From assembly GCA_963932905.1 (NCBI GenBank), contig CAWVRN010000003.1, positions 96,001-160,000 of the forward strand: 64,000 nucleotides of DNA, written 5' to 3'. The position numbers were made by a program, and so were the translations under genes. Source of the stretch: an uncultured Bdellovibrio sp. (GTDB lineage: Bacteria > Bdellovibrionota > Bdellovibrionia > Bdellovibrionales > Bdellovibrionaceae). Under the pieces are notes generated by a model. The model was not told the DNA's origin. It saw only the letters and a list, made by a program, of their open reading frames with translations, and searched no databases. Below are positions 37,352 through 47,911 of the stretch, in pieces. Numbering within the stretch: the first letter of the stretch is position 1; each line of letters starts with the position of its first letter.

Positions 37352-38317
37352 TTACTTCGCACCGTCAGCGATCCATTTATTAATCAATGCCACATCTTTT
37401 AAAGTCACATCTGTGACTTTACCCGCTACGACATCTTTTTTCGGCGGCATTAAACGAATATCTTGACGAATATTTTCGTCTTTAACGACCGACATGTACA
37501 TGATACTTTGCTCTGGTTGACCGACAACAACAAACGATTGGCCGAACGAGTTGGTTAATGCTAACAATTCATCACGGGTACCAAACACTAGCTCATCCGC
37601 TTTGCCATCTGTTTTGTGGCAGATCATACATTTTTTTTCTAGTACTTCTGATTTCAGCAACGCAAAATCCACAACTTCTGGTAAAGCCGCACTTGGCGGA
37701 GGCTCCACTGCGATTTGCCCTTGCGGTGTCATTGCATTTATAGTCGGATCAACAGTACCTTGCGTAGGTGGCGTTGGTTGTGGCTCTACGGCTGTTGGAG
37801 CCGGCATTGTGCTTGGCGCTGGCTGCTGAGCCTTGTCCGCTGGTTGATCAGTGGGCTTAACTTCAAGTACTGGCTCTGTTTTCTTCACAGCGACGCCAGC
37901 AATCCATGCCGCTACCACATGCTGTTCTGACGGCGTAACTGACGGGTGAGGAGAATCTTTCGGCGGCATCACTTTCGCTTTACCACGAATCGATTCATCA
38001 CTAACGATCGATTTATAAAATAGACTTTCTGCCGGACGACCTGGGACCACCAAGGCACCCAAATCAGATGCCCCATCTACAATTTGGGCTTCGGTTTCAA
38101 ATGGAATATCCTTCGCATCCGATTTGCTATCAGCCTTGTGGCAGCTTAAACATTTTTTATCGATAATGTTCGTTTTAATCGACACAAATGTTGCTTCCAA
38201 GTTAACATCAGATACGGTCTGCTTGGTTGTGGCGCGACCCGACTGCCCTTGAGGTTCGGCGTATTGACTGCAGTTAACTAAAAATAAGGCACTGGTAATT
38301 AAAACGAATTTTTTCAT
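37352..38317 (-). CDS. Di-heme c-type cytochrome lipoprotein (two planctomycete cytochrome c-like domains)
   Basis: CLSCH and CMICH, each followed by VVPG/VVVG...S..Y...MPP...WI; Pro-rich linker; LVNC lipobox. Confidence 0.8.
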   Translation of the reverse strand: MKKFVLITSALFLVNCSQYAEPQGQSGRATTKQTVSDVNLEATFVSIKTNIIDKKCLSCHKADSKSDAKDIPFETEAQIVDGASDLGALVVPGRPAESLFYKSIVSDESIRGKAKVMPPKDSPHPSVTPSEQHVVAAWIAGVAVKKTEPVLEVKPTDQPADKAQQPAPSTMPAPTAVEPQPTPPTQGTVDPTINAMTPQGQIAVEPPPSAALPEVVDFALLKSEVLEKKCMICHKTDGKADELVFGTRDELLALTNSFGQSFVVVGQPEQSIMYMSVVKDENIRQDIRLMPPKKDVVAGKVTDVTLKDVALINKWIADGAK

Positions 38318-38383
38318 AGCCTAGTTGTTTTACCAGACTTTGACTATTTAACCCCTGTCATAGAATTAGACGGTATTTTTTGC

Positions 38384-39409
38384 TTACTTCAAAAAATCTC
38401 CATAGATGCGCGTTCCTACAAGGAAGTGCTGTTCAAAACGCGAATCACCAGATTCTGGTTTAATGGTCGTCTGTGTCACCATCACGTGATAGCGAAAGAT
38501 ATCTTGAGGATAAGGTTTAAACTCGACACCCACAGCGACACCATCATACTGTTCTTTAACGGAACCATTCTTTTTCGTAGTCATCTCGTATTTAAATTTA
38601 GGTATAACGTCTTCAAAATCATAACCTGCATCGAATAACAAAGTCGTAATCGTGTCCTTCACATCGACAGCCGACACATTTTTTTGCGCAAAAATAATAT
38701 AGTCCAAGTTTATGTAGTATGGCTTTGGATCCCACTTCACACCCGCCGACGAAATATTGGTCGTCATTTTCACATCCGTCGACATGCCTTGCTTTTCATC
38801 GCTAAAGTACCCCAAGTTTGGGAACAGCGTACTATTTAAAAACTTTCCTTTGTACACCAAACCATACGCTAATTTTGTTTGTTCGATGGATTGCGAGTCC
38901 GACTGATTCACTACGTACAGAGAGACTTCTTGCCCTAGCACGGCAGCGGTTAATTTAGCACCGCTGACATACAGAAAATCATTGGTGGATAAAGCAGCAT
39001 AAGCCTGGGAAGGCAGGTATATATCGGGCGACGACATATTGCCTTCGATCGAACCTAGTTCAGAGGCAAATTTACCTAAAGTGATCCAAATATCTTCGGA
39101 AACTTTATCTTGAACATAGGCATAATCCACCTGAGTCGAAAAATTATCGGTTTTGTGCTGAGCGGTGGCGCCATCATGATCAATTCCCCAACGTAAACGA
39201 TAGGAAATATCTTTATTCAAGTTTCCTTTAAAATCCACCCGTCCTGTACGCATTAGAAACTGGGATGATGCTTTTGATCCTGCTGCTTTAGCGGCATTAT
39301 TGTAGCTAGAAGAGTCCCATTCGAAACGAAAATCAAAATTAACACTGCCTGGGTGGGCCAAACCAACTAACAATAATAAAAACACCGACACCTTGAGCGC
39401 GTTAAACAT
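38384..39409 (-). CDS. Outer-membrane porin-like beta-barrel
   Basis: Signal peptide, RVDFKGNL...SYRLRW, VDYAYV, TLGKF resembling phosphate-selective porin family. Confidence 0.65.
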   Translation of the reverse strand: MFNALKVSVFLLLLVGLAHPGSVNFDFRFEWDSSSYNNAAKAAGSKASSQFLMRTGRVDFKGNLNKDISYRLRWGIDHDGATAQHKTDNFSTQVDYAYVQDKVSEDIWITLGKFASELGSIEGNMSSPDIYLPSQAYAALSTNDFLYVSGAKLTAAVLGQEVSLYVVNQSDSQSIEQTKLAYGLVYKGKFLNSTLFPNLGYFSDEKQGMSTDVKMTTNISSAGVKWDPKPYYINLDYIIFAQKNVSAVDVKDTITTLLFDAGYDFEDVIPKFKYEMTTKKNGSVKEQYDGVAVGVEFKPYPQDIFRYHVMVTQTTIKPESGDSRFEQHFLVGTRIYGDFLK

Positions 39410-39477
39410 AACCCCTCTCTCCCAACGCTATGTTGTTGAATACAGAAATGGTGTCGTCGAATTTTTAAAAGTGCAAT

Positions 39478-39840
39478 CTATTTTTTAAGAACAGAAACAA
39501 CCGCTTCTTCAAGCTCTACACGGTTCCATGGTTTATTGATAAACGAACGAACGCTGTATGTTCGCAGCTGGTTAGCCACCATACTATCAGCGTGCCCAGT
39601 TAAAATTATAACCGGAGTATTTAGTCCCAGTAGTTTAATTTTTCGTAACAATTCAAAACCGTTCATTTTCGGCATTGCAATGTCGGAAATAACTAAATCA
39701 ATTTTCTGTTTGGTAAGAATTTCGATCGCTTCAACCCCATTGGCCGCGAAAAAAAACTGGCGTCCGTCATCTTCCAATTGCAAACTGATCAGTTCACGAA
39801 TTTCATCTTCATCATCGACAATTAATACTGAATTAGGCAT
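39478..39840 (-). CDS. Single-domain response regulator
   Basis: LIVDDE, SDIAMPKMNG, LTG, KPW. Confidence 0.92.
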   Translation of the reverse strand: MPNSVLIVDDEDEIRELISLQLEDDGRQFFFAANGVEAIEILTKQKIDLVISDIAMPKMNGFELLRKIKLLGLNTPVIILTGHADSMVANQLRTYSVRSFINKPWNRVELEEAVVSVLKK

Positions 39841-39904
39841 AATCTTCTATCGTCTGCTAGAGTCACAAACTTGAACGTTATTGTTACGAGCTGGCCTTAG
39901 CGAC

Positions 39905-41242
39905 CTAAAGAATTCGCGATACCATATCTAATAAAATCAATAATGGTATTAAATAAAGCAAAACTACCTTCAACGGTAAATAAAACCAACCCGAAGTCAC
40001 CGTCCCATTCTTAGTAACAAAATCAAGAAATCCTGAGGACTGGATTTGTTTACGAGTCATCAGCAGCATACAAAACACCCCCAGAGGCAGCAACCAGTGA
40101 ATCAAAAAGTGGTCCATTCTTTCGATCAAATTAAAGTTATTAATCCGCATATTATTCGCCTTTACGAAGAAATTAAACGGAACCCCCATAGAAGGCAGAG
40201 AGCTAAAAATAAAGAGCGCTACACCAGTGAAAACACCCATCTTGTTTTGTAACTTCAGACTGCACTCGCCGCCCGATTTTGGCGCCACAACGGGTTTCAT
40301 CAATGCTATGACCGCACGAAATAAAATTAGCGAACTATTCAGTGCCGACAGGTATAGAAAAAAGAAAAACAAGAATCCAAAAATGGCCCCGTATTTATAA
40401 GTCAAAAACGAGGGTGGCAGAAAATCAAATAATAAGAATGGATTTGAATGAGCCTTGTCTCTTTGCAAAAATACAATAGGAAAAATCACTACCAAAGAAA
40501 CCAAAGAAAATAAAATATCCATAATCGTCATTCTTAACGCAATCGATGGTGCATGATCGTCGGATTGATACATTTCCCGAATGGTTAAAAACACCCCAAA
40601 ACCGACACTCATTGTGAAAAATACGTGGCCGATCGCATGACCGATACTTGTACGACTCCATTCTTCAAAGTCTGGATAAAATAGATAACGTAGCGAATCT
40701 CCGATACTGGTCAACTGCAAAGAACGATACAATAGCAACCCGAGTGTAATCAAAATTAACGGCAAAACCACAGCCCGAAATCGCCACAGCAAAGACTCCT
40801 TTTGAGTCATCCAAATAGAAACAAAAGCAATGATATGTACGCTGGCCAAAATCCACTGCAGCCAAGGCTGACTAAACAAAACAAACAAACCTTGCGGCAT
40901 GCGATCGGGAATCATCATCATAAGCAAAAAGTCTGTTAAGAAAAAAAGGACCCAACCACTGATAACACTATAATAGGTGAGAACGAAGAAACTTAAAACG
41001 ACGGGAACAAATCGGTAGTAGAGTTTTCTCTGCCCGCTTTTTTGCATTTCGGAAGACAAAAACATCTCTAGCACCAATACCGGCAGACCTACAAAAAAGC
41101 CCAAGAAAATATACAAGAAAACAAACGATCCACCACCATTTTCACTGACAACAAATGGAAATCGCCACAGGTTTCCCAAACTAAACGAGGTCCCAAGCGA
41201 AATCATTAGAAACAATAATTGCCGATGAGCCCCCGTGGACAC
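39905..41242 (-). CDS. Sodium:neurotransmitter symporter (SNF) family transporter, divergent
   Basis: LGNLWRFP, ENGGGSF, YYSVISGW, FFTMSVGFG. Confidence 0.85.
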   Translation of the reverse strand: MSTGAHRQLLFLMISLGTSFSLGNLWRFPFVVSENGGGSFVFLYIFLGFFVGLPVLVLEMFLSSEMQKSGQRKLYYRFVPVVLSFFVLTYYSVISGWVLFFLTDFLLMMMIPDRMPQGLFVLFSQPWLQWILASVHIIAFVSIWMTQKESLLWRFRAVVLPLILITLGLLLYRSLQLTSIGDSLRYLFYPDFEEWSRTSIGHAIGHVFFTMSVGFGVFLTIREMYQSDDHAPSIALRMTIMDILFSLVSLVVIFPIVFLQRDKAHSNPFLLFDFLPPSFLTYKYGAIFGFLFFFFLYLSALNSSLILFRAVIALMKPVVAPKSGGECSLKLQNKMGVFTGVALFIFSSLPSMGVPFNFFVKANNMRINNFNLIERMDHFLIHWLLPLGVFCMLLMTRKQIQSSGFLDFVTKNGTVTSGWFYLPLKVVLLYLIPLLILLDMVSRIL

Positions 41243-41244
41243 GT

Positions 41245-42588
41245 CTATTCTCCCTGATTACGTGAACGCATACAGAAGATGCGTATAGGAACGCCGTACA
41301 GTTTAAAATGTTCTTTCATCTGATTTACAAGGAATCGACGATAGGACGGCGTCACAGCATCAGGATAGTTGGCAAATGCAATGAATGCAGGTGGTTTCTG
41401 ATACGTCTGAGTCAAATAGTAGAATTTAACGTTAACAGTACCCGCGCGCGGCGCCGGCGCTCTACGAATCGCACTAAAGAACCAATCATTCAATTCGCTT
41501 GTCGTAGTTCTGAAATTCATTTTTTCAACTGTAGACTGGATTTCATTCATCAACTCGCCAAGACCCTTGCCTTCATGCGCTGACGTAAATACGATATTAA
41601 TATCTGTGAAAAAATGAAAATGACGCTCAATCTGTTCACGGAATTTTTCTTTGTAATGAGGATTTTCTTTTCTAGCCAAATCCGACTTGTTGGCCACCAC
41701 GATAATACCACGGTGGTCTTCCAGAACTAGTTCCAAAATTTTAGCATCTTGTTCTGTTGGACCTTCCACGCAGTCAATCACTAGCAATACCATCTGTGAT
41801 TTACGAATCGCTTCACGAGTTTTAAAGTTCGCAATAACCTCGATATCTTCGTCCACTTTAGATTTACGACGGAGACCTGCGGTATCGATCAAGGTAAAAA
41901 TCTTTTTGTCGTATTCAAACTGCGAATCAACAGCATCCACGGTCGTACCCGCAATTGGACTGACCATCATCCGAGAAATTCCTAAAATTGAATTACACAG
42001 AGAGCTTTTCCCGACATTTGGTTTACCCACAATCGAGAACGTAATCCCACGCTCTTTTTCGATCGCTTTATCTGGTATCAGATTTGTGATCCACTCTAAT
42101 GTTTCTGCGATCCCTTTTCGCTGCTCGAATGCCGCCGTAATTGGATTTTCAGAAAATTCATAAAAGTCAGCTTTTGCGATTTCTTCATCTTGTACTTTAT
42201 CGACTTTATTAATTAACAATAAAAATGGCTTACCCGTTTTCTTTACAATTGTGACAATATCGCGATCTTCCGGAATTAGCCCTGCGCGACCATCAGCCAC
42301 CATGATAATTAAATCCACAGATTCCAGGAATTCGATTACCTGTTCCCTAATCATTTTCGAGAATATATCACCGGCTTCAGTGACCCCACCCGTGTCGATC
42401 AAATCAAATGTCTTGTTCCATATTTCCACGGGTTCGATCATGATGTCACGAGTGACACCCGGCTGATCTTTAACGACAGATTTGCGAGTTCCTGTAATGA
42501 TGTTAAATAGCGTAGATTTACCTACGTTTGGCCGACCGACAATGGCGACTTTAGGGACATCGTTAGTTTTTATTTCGATTTTTTTCAT
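41245..42588 (-). CDS. der: Ribosome biogenesis GTPase Der
   Basis: Two G domains GRPNVGKS and GKPNVGKS, DTGG/DTAG, C-terminal KH-like PPAF...YRRFL. Confidence 0.97.
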   Translation of the reverse strand: MKKIEIKTNDVPKVAIVGRPNVGKSTLFNIITGTRKSVVKDQPGVTRDIMIEPVEIWNKTFDLIDTGGVTEAGDIFSKMIREQVIEFLESVDLIIMVADGRAGLIPEDRDIVTIVKKTGKPFLLLINKVDKVQDEEIAKADFYEFSENPITAAFEQRKGIAETLEWITNLIPDKAIEKERGITFSIVGKPNVGKSSLCNSILGISRMMVSPIAGTTVDAVDSQFEYDKKIFTLIDTAGLRRKSKVDEDIEVIANFKTREAIRKSQMVLLVIDCVEGPTEQDAKILELVLEDHRGIIVVANKSDLARKENPHYKEKFREQIERHFHFFTDINIVFTSAHEGKGLGELMNEIQSTVEKMNFRTTTSELNDWFFSAIRRAPAPRAGTVNVKFYYLTQTYQKPPAFIAFANYPDAVTPSYRRFLVNQMKEHFKLYGVPIRIFCMRSRNQGE

Positions 42589-43486
42589 GTGAATATCCCA
42601 ACTCTTTCATTATGCGATCATTTTTAAACCAATTTTCACGACACGATACTTTAATATCTAAGAAGATTTTCTCGCCCAGCATTTTTTCGATATCTTTACG
42701 CGCTTCACTGCCAATCTTTTTCAAATTCTCAGCACCTTTACCAATTACGATGCCTTTGTGGCCTTCACGCGCAACGATGATTTCAAGCGATAAATGAGGA
42801 ACTGTTTTAGATTCTTCATCATACTTAATCGTTCTAACAGCCAGATTATAGGGAATTTCCTGATGGCAGAATTCAAAGCATTTCTCACGAACAATTTCAC
42901 ACGCCAGGTCGCGAACACTTTCTTGTGTATAGATATCTTCATCATACAGAGCTTGCTCTGCTTCTGGCAATAATTTACGAATTTTCTCTAGCAACAAAGG
43001 CTTTTCCTGTTCGTACTCGTCTTGCTTTAAACTAACAGCAACAATTTCTACCTGATGTTCTTCCAGCATTTTACGGATAGTCACTACCCGATGTGATTTA
43101 TCAGCAAGGTCCGTTTTTGTGATGATCGCCATCCACGGTTTCTTACTTTTAGCGACTAGATTGATTACTTCTTCAATCGATTCTTTTTTCAATGAATCCA
43201 CGCTCAGCACAGCGATTAACGCATCACTCTCTTTAATTACTTCTGCCGCTTCTTTTTCCAAGAACGCGTTTAAACCTTCTTTTGCATACACTAACCCTGG
43301 CGAATCAACGAATACGATTTGACCATCTTCATGACTGTGGATTCCATGCACGCGACGTCGGGTCGTTTGTGGTTTCGCTGATACAATCGAAACTTTCTCA
43401 TCAATTAAATAATTCATCAACGTTGACTTACCCGCATTTGGTTCGCCAATCAGACCTACAAATCCTGCTCTATACCCGTTTTTCAT
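42563..43486 (-). CDS. era: GTPase Era
   Basis: GEPNAGKSTL, KPQTTR, DSPG, EIPY, KH GIVIGKGA. Confidence 0.97.
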   Translation of the reverse strand: MKNGYRAGFVGLIGEPNAGKSTLMNYLIDEKVSIVSAKPQTTRRRVHGIHSHEDGQIVFVDSPGLVYAKEGLNAFLEKEAAEVIKESDALIAVLSVDSLKKESIEEVINLVAKSKKPWMAIITKTDLADKSHRVVTIRKMLEEHQVEIVAVSLKQDEYEQEKPLLLEKIRKLLPEAEQALYDEDIYTQESVRDLACEIVREKCFEFCHQEIPYNLAVRTIKYDEESKTVPHLSLEIIVAREGHKGIVIGKGAENLKKIGSEARKDIEKMLGEKIFLDIKVSCRENWFKNDRIMKELGYSHEKNRNKN

Positions 43487-44180
43487 TTATCACCTTCAGT
43501 GCCTCTTCAGCGGCACGTTGTTCTGCTTCTTTTTTCGATTTACCTTTTGCTCTGCTAATCACTGTTTCATCAAAAACTAATTCTACGATAAACACGCGAT
43601 CATGCGGTGGCCCCACTTCTTCGACCAATTGATAGCGAGGCACACGTTTATGTTGCTTCTGATAAATTTCCTGAATCCGCGTTTTAAAATCTTTCTCAAA
43701 AGGAATTTCTGAGTTCAGTGTCTGAACACGCTCCTTAAATAACTCACGACATGTTTTTTTGGCCACTTCATAGCCTGATTCCAAAAACATAGCCCCCACA
43801 ATAGCTTCGAATACCGACGCCAAAATCCTGGGATTACGAGCCCCATCCGATTTAATCTCGCCTTTGCCCATAATTAAAAACTGATCTAGTTTTAATTCCA
43901 GTGCCACGCTTGATAGAACCGTTTCATTAACCAATGATGCACGTTTTTTTGACAACGTACCTTCATCCTCATTAAAAAATAACTCCAACAACCATTCCGA
44001 GAAAATTAAGTCCACTACTGCATCACCCAGGAATTCCAACTTCTCGTTATTGAAATTCTTCTCTGTCGACACGAAACTTTTATGAGTCAGTGATTTCTGC
44101 AAATTCTTATGATCTTTAAATGTATAGCTAAGGCTACGCTCAAGCTGCGCCCAAGACGAATCAACCATAGATTTCCCCAA
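43470..44180 (-). CDS. rnc: Ribonuclease III
   Basis: NEKLEFLGDAV signature, dsRBD GPPHDRVF...SKKEAEQRAA. Confidence 0.97.
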   Translation of the reverse strand: MGKSMVDSSWAQLERSLSYTFKDHKNLQKSLTHKSFVSTEKNFNNEKLEFLGDAVVDLIFSEWLLELFFNEDEGTLSKKRASLVNETVLSSVALELKLDQFLIMGKGEIKSDGARNPRILASVFEAIVGAMFLESGYEVAKKTCRELFKERVQTLNSEIPFEKDFKTRIQEIYQKQHKRVPRYQLVEEVGPPHDRVFIVELVFDETVISRAKGKSKKEAEQRAAEEALKVINEKRV

Positions 44181-45501
44181 TTAGATGATAGTCATTTTGG
44201 TTCACTTGCGCTGCCGCACCAATAATACGTACATCGACTTCTTGCCCGGCCCAACCGGCAGCCATCACTGGATCTACGCTAGGAAGTTTTATGTTCCAAT
44301 AATCACGACTTAAAGTCTGGCCTTTCTTTAGAACTAATGTCTTCTTCACTAAGCCTTTTTGCTTTTCAGCCTGCTCGCGAAGGCGCTGATTGCTTAACGT
44401 TCGCATTTCTTCCGCACGCTGTTTACGAACACTGTGAGGAACAGATGTTTCCATCACGGCGGCTTTAGTACCTTTGCGTTCAGAGTATGGAAATACATGA
44501 ATGCGAGTCCACGGCGTTGATTTTAATGAGGTCATTGTTTCTTTAAAATCATTTTCAGACTCTGTCGGAAACCCCGTGATGACATCCATGCCGACATAGG
44601 CATTTGGAACTTTGACCGCGATTTTGTGTAATGCGGTTTCAACATCAGATCGCGTGTACTTACGCTTCATCTCTTTCAAAACTTCAGACTGTGCACTTTG
44701 AATGCTCATATGAAAATGCGAACACACTCGGGAATCTTGAAATACATCCAACAGTCGATCAGAAACTTCAATCGGCTCAAGACTGCCTAAACGAATCCGC
44801 TGAATTTTAGTTTTTGATAGAATAGCCTCAATCAAACCTTCCAGACCTAGATTTACGTCTGTATCATAATAGTCACCTATATGAACGCCGGCTAGTACAA
44901 CTTCTTGCACCTTTTGCGATTCTAGCTCCCAAATTCTTTCAATCAGTGTTTTCACTTTCAATGATCGAGACGTCCCACGTGCGTACGGAATGATACAAAA
45001 AGAACAGAAACTATTGCAACCATCTTGAATTTTTAAGAATGAACGCGTGTGGGAATCTTCCTCGCCACCGCCAACGCCCAAATCTTCTTTCTTAAATATA
45101 TTGCTCTTAAACGTTTTGTTTAGATCACGCTTACGGAAAAAATTATCTAAGATAAATGGCAGTTCATGCTTGTGCGAATTCGCAACGACCAAATCGACTG
45201 ACGGCAAATCGATAAAGCTTTCTGTATCAACTTGGGCCGCACAACCCGTCACTACGATCGTAGAAAAGGGCTCCTTCGCTTTCAATTTACGGATCAAACG
45301 AACCGCCTGTTGAGTGGCTTCTTTCGTTACCGCACATGTATTTAGAATATGCACAGCCGGTTTCGCAGCTGGTAACGTCACTAATGGCGACGCCGTCAAA
45401 AGACTAGCGTGTTTTTTTAAATTTTTCTGAATCAAACCCGTGTCGTAAGTATTCACCTTACAACCAAATGTATGATACTGGAGGTTTAAATTACTATCCA
45501 T
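44161..45501 (-). CDS. mtaB: tRNA t6A37 methylthiotransferase MtaB
   Basis: TFGCKVNTYD, NTCAVT, GC, radical SAM CNSFCSFC, HVFPYSERKGT. Confidence 0.9.
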   Translation of the reverse strand: MDSNLNLQYHTFGCKVNTYDTGLIQKNLKKHASLLTASPLVTLPAAKPAVHILNTCAVTKEATQQAVRLIRKLKAKEPFSTIVVTGCAAQVDTESFIDLPSVDLVVANSHKHELPFILDNFFRKRDLNKTFKSNIFKKEDLGVGGGEEDSHTRSFLKIQDGCNSFCSFCIIPYARGTSRSLKVKTLIERIWELESQKVQEVVLAGVHIGDYYDTDVNLGLEGLIEAILSKTKIQRIRLGSLEPIEVSDRLLDVFQDSRVCSHFHMSIQSAQSEVLKEMKRKYTRSDVETALHKIAVKVPNAYVGMDVITGFPTESENDFKETMTSLKSTPWTRIHVFPYSERKGTKAAVMETSVPHSVRKQRAEEMRTLSNQRLREQAEKQKGLVKKTLVLKKGQTLSRDYWNIKLPSVDPVMAAGWAGQEVDVRIIGAAAQVNQNDYHLIGEIYG

Positions 45502-46595
45502 CCCCCACCTATCAACTTTTTATCCTTGTATATCACAGCCGCTTGTCCTGGTGTGATCGCCCGTTGTTTTTCCAAGAAGGAAACTTTAAATCCGTTGCCA
45601 TCTTTTTTAATTTTCGCGGGTGCACCTTTGTGCTGGTAGCGAATTTTAACGTTATAGATTTGCTCCTCATTCAGATCGTCCATCAATTTCATGTCACGTA
45701 AATTTAAATCATGACCAAACAAATGCGACTCGTCACCTAACCACACCGTTTTGGTATCAGCATCGACTTTGATGACGAACATTTTTTCGTGATGATCTAA
45801 ACCAAAGCCTTTACTTTGTCCGTACGTATAGTGATGAATACCTTTGTGTTCACCCATCACTTCGCCATTTGGATAGCGACGGAACAAACCACGAAGGTCT
45901 TCCAGAGCTTTTTTGCCAACTTGCGATTCAATAAAGTTACCGTAACCCTGATTACCTACAAAGCATATACCTTGCGAATCTTTTTTCTTGGCGACAATTA
46001 AACCTTTTTCTTCCGCTATTTTGCGAACATCTGGTTTTTGCAAATGGCCAATAGGGAATAAAAGTTTAGGAATGATTTGCGAATTGGTTGTGAACAAGAA
46101 ATACGTTTGGTCTTTCCAATCATCAACAGAGGTAGCGATAAAACTTTTCCCGTTTTCAGTTTGTATTTGTGCATAGTGACCGGTAGCTAAGTAATCGCAG
46201 TCCAATTCGCGCATTTTATGAATTAGGTGATCAAATTTTAAGTACGTATTGCAATTCACACACGGAAGCGGTGTTTGCCCTTTCATGTAATCCGCAACGA
46301 ACGGATCAATAACACTTTCTTTGAATTTCGTTTCACAATTAATCACGTAGAATGGAATTTTAATTTTATCAGCCACCGAACGTGCATCGTCCACATCCAA
46401 GCTGGAACAACACGTACCGTTGCCTTCGTCGATATCACACTGAGAATAATCCCAGACTTGCATCGTAGCCCCGATAACCTCAAAACCCTGATCCACCAGC
46501 AGCGCTGCGGCTACAGAGCTATCCACCCCGCCGCTCATCGCAACCAGCACTCTTTTTTTTGCCCGCACATTGCCTGACATTTTAGGCTGTGACAT
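45486..46595 (-). CDS. mnmA: tRNA 2-thiouridylase MnmA
   Basis: AMSGGVDSS, PCVNCN, ATGHY, KDQTYFL, DSQGICF, TPGQ. Confidence 0.97.
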   Translation of the reverse strand: MSQPKMSGNVRAKKRVLVAMSGGVDSSVAAALLVDQGFEVIGATMQVWDYSQCDIDEGNGTCCSSLDVDDARSVADKIKIPFYVINCETKFKESVIDPFVADYMKGQTPLPCVNCNTYLKFDHLIHKMRELDCDYLATGHYAQIQTENGKSFIATSVDDWKDQTYFLFTTNSQIIPKLLFPIGHLQKPDVRKIAEEKGLIVAKKKDSQGICFVGNQGYGNFIESQVGKKALEDLRGLFRRYPNGEVMGEHKGIHHYTYGQSKGFGLDHHEKMFVIKVDADTKTVWLGDESHLFGHDLNLRDMKLMDDLNEEQIYNVKIRYQHKGAPAKIKKDGNGFKVSFLEKQRAITPGQAAVIYKDKKLIGGGWIVI

Positions 46596-47805
46596 TTTCT
46601 AGTTCCTTTTTCATTTGTCTCAATCGCGATACTATTTCGCCCAGTCGCTGAACAAATTTTTCTAAATCATCTGCTTTCGAGCCCCACCCCAGCGACACAC
46701 GCAGACTGGTTTGCGCTTCAAAGCGAGTGAAACCCATCGCTAATAACACTGGACTTGGCTCTGGATTTCCCGAACTGCAGGCAGCGCCCGTTGAAACACA
46801 GAATCCATCTAGATCCAAATTGATCAACAACGTTTCAGCATCAATACCGGCGATCATCATGTGACTTGTGTTTGTTAATCGTGGTGATTTCTGGGCCGTG
46901 ATATACAGTTCAGGAATCTCGGCCACTAAACGAGCTTCCATCGCATCACGCAACTGACCTAACTCAGATACCTTACCCACAAGATCCATCGTTGCCATTT
47001 TGCCTGCCATGTGACCCATGGCAGCGATACCGACCGTATTTTCTGTGCCACCACGACGGAAGCGCTCTTGGGCACCACCATCGATCAAATTTTCAAGCGG
47101 CGCGGTTTTCTTGGCATACATAAATCCGCTACCTTTTAGCGAATAAAACTTATGCCCTGAAAAGGTCGCATAGTCGACGCCTAGTTTTTTTAGATCCAAT
47201 GTGTGTTTGCCGAACATTTGCACGCAGTCACTGTGAACTAAGGCCCCTGCCGCTTTAGCCAGATCTACGATTTCGGCGACCGGAAACAAAGTTCCTGTTT
47301 CATTGTTAGCTGACATGACAGAAACAAGCGCCGTTTTTGACCCTAAATGCATTTTCACAAAATTTAAATCCAAGGCACCCTCTTTGCTGACGGGAATCCA
47401 GCGAATGACGGCGCCCTTTTTTTCGATCGACTGCATCGCTTTGATCACACTCGGATGCTCGACCGCCGAGCATAAAAATTCTGGGCGTTCTTTACCGCGA
47501 CGATCCCAAATCGCCTTGATAACGGTGTTATTGCCTTCGCTAGCACCCGATGTGAAAACGATTTCTAAAGGCGATACGTTCAACAATTCAGCGATTTTTA
47601 CACGCGCTTCGCGGATTAAGGTACGCGGGCCACGAGACGCCTGATGAATAGAACTTGGATTCCCAAATTGAGACATCCAGGTCGGGACCAGTTCAAAGAG
47701 CGATGGGTCGACTGGAGTCGTGGCGTTGTGATCTAAATAGACCCCGTCAAAGGTACTAGCTGTAACTATTTTCATTGGGATTTCGATACCATAAATCGCC
47801 CCCAA
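46582..47805 (-). CDS. iscS: Cysteine desulfurase (IscS/NifS family)
   Basis: YLDHNATTP, FGNPSS, NNETG, SGHKF, STGAACSSG; start may be ATG 47775. Confidence 0.9.
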   Translation of the reverse strand: MGAIYGIEIPMKIVTASTFDGVYLDHNATTPVDPSLFELVPTWMSQFGNPSSIHQASRGPRTLIREARVKIAELLNVSPLEIVFTSGASEGNNTVIKAIWDRRGKERPEFLCSAVEHPSVIKAMQSIEKKGAVIRWIPVSKEGALDLNFVKMHLGSKTALVSVMSANNETGTLFPVAEIVDLAKAAGALVHSDCVQMFGKHTLDLKKLGVDYATFSGHKFYSLKGSGFMYAKKTAPLENLIDGGAQERFRRGGTENTVGIAAMGHMAGKMATMDLVGKVSELGQLRDAMEARLVAEIPELYITAQKSPRLTNTSHMMIAGIDAETLLINLDLDGFCVSTGAACSSGNPEPSPVLLAMGFTRFEAQTSLRVSLGWGSKADDLEKFVQRLGEIVSRLRQMKKELENVTA

Positions 47806-47911
47806 TGAGAAGGGATCATTCTGTATTACTTTTTTACAGGACCTGATAGGGAAACTTATCGGTACAGCCGCTTATTTCATAAAGATTTTTCAATACGTTC
47901 CGATCACTCCA

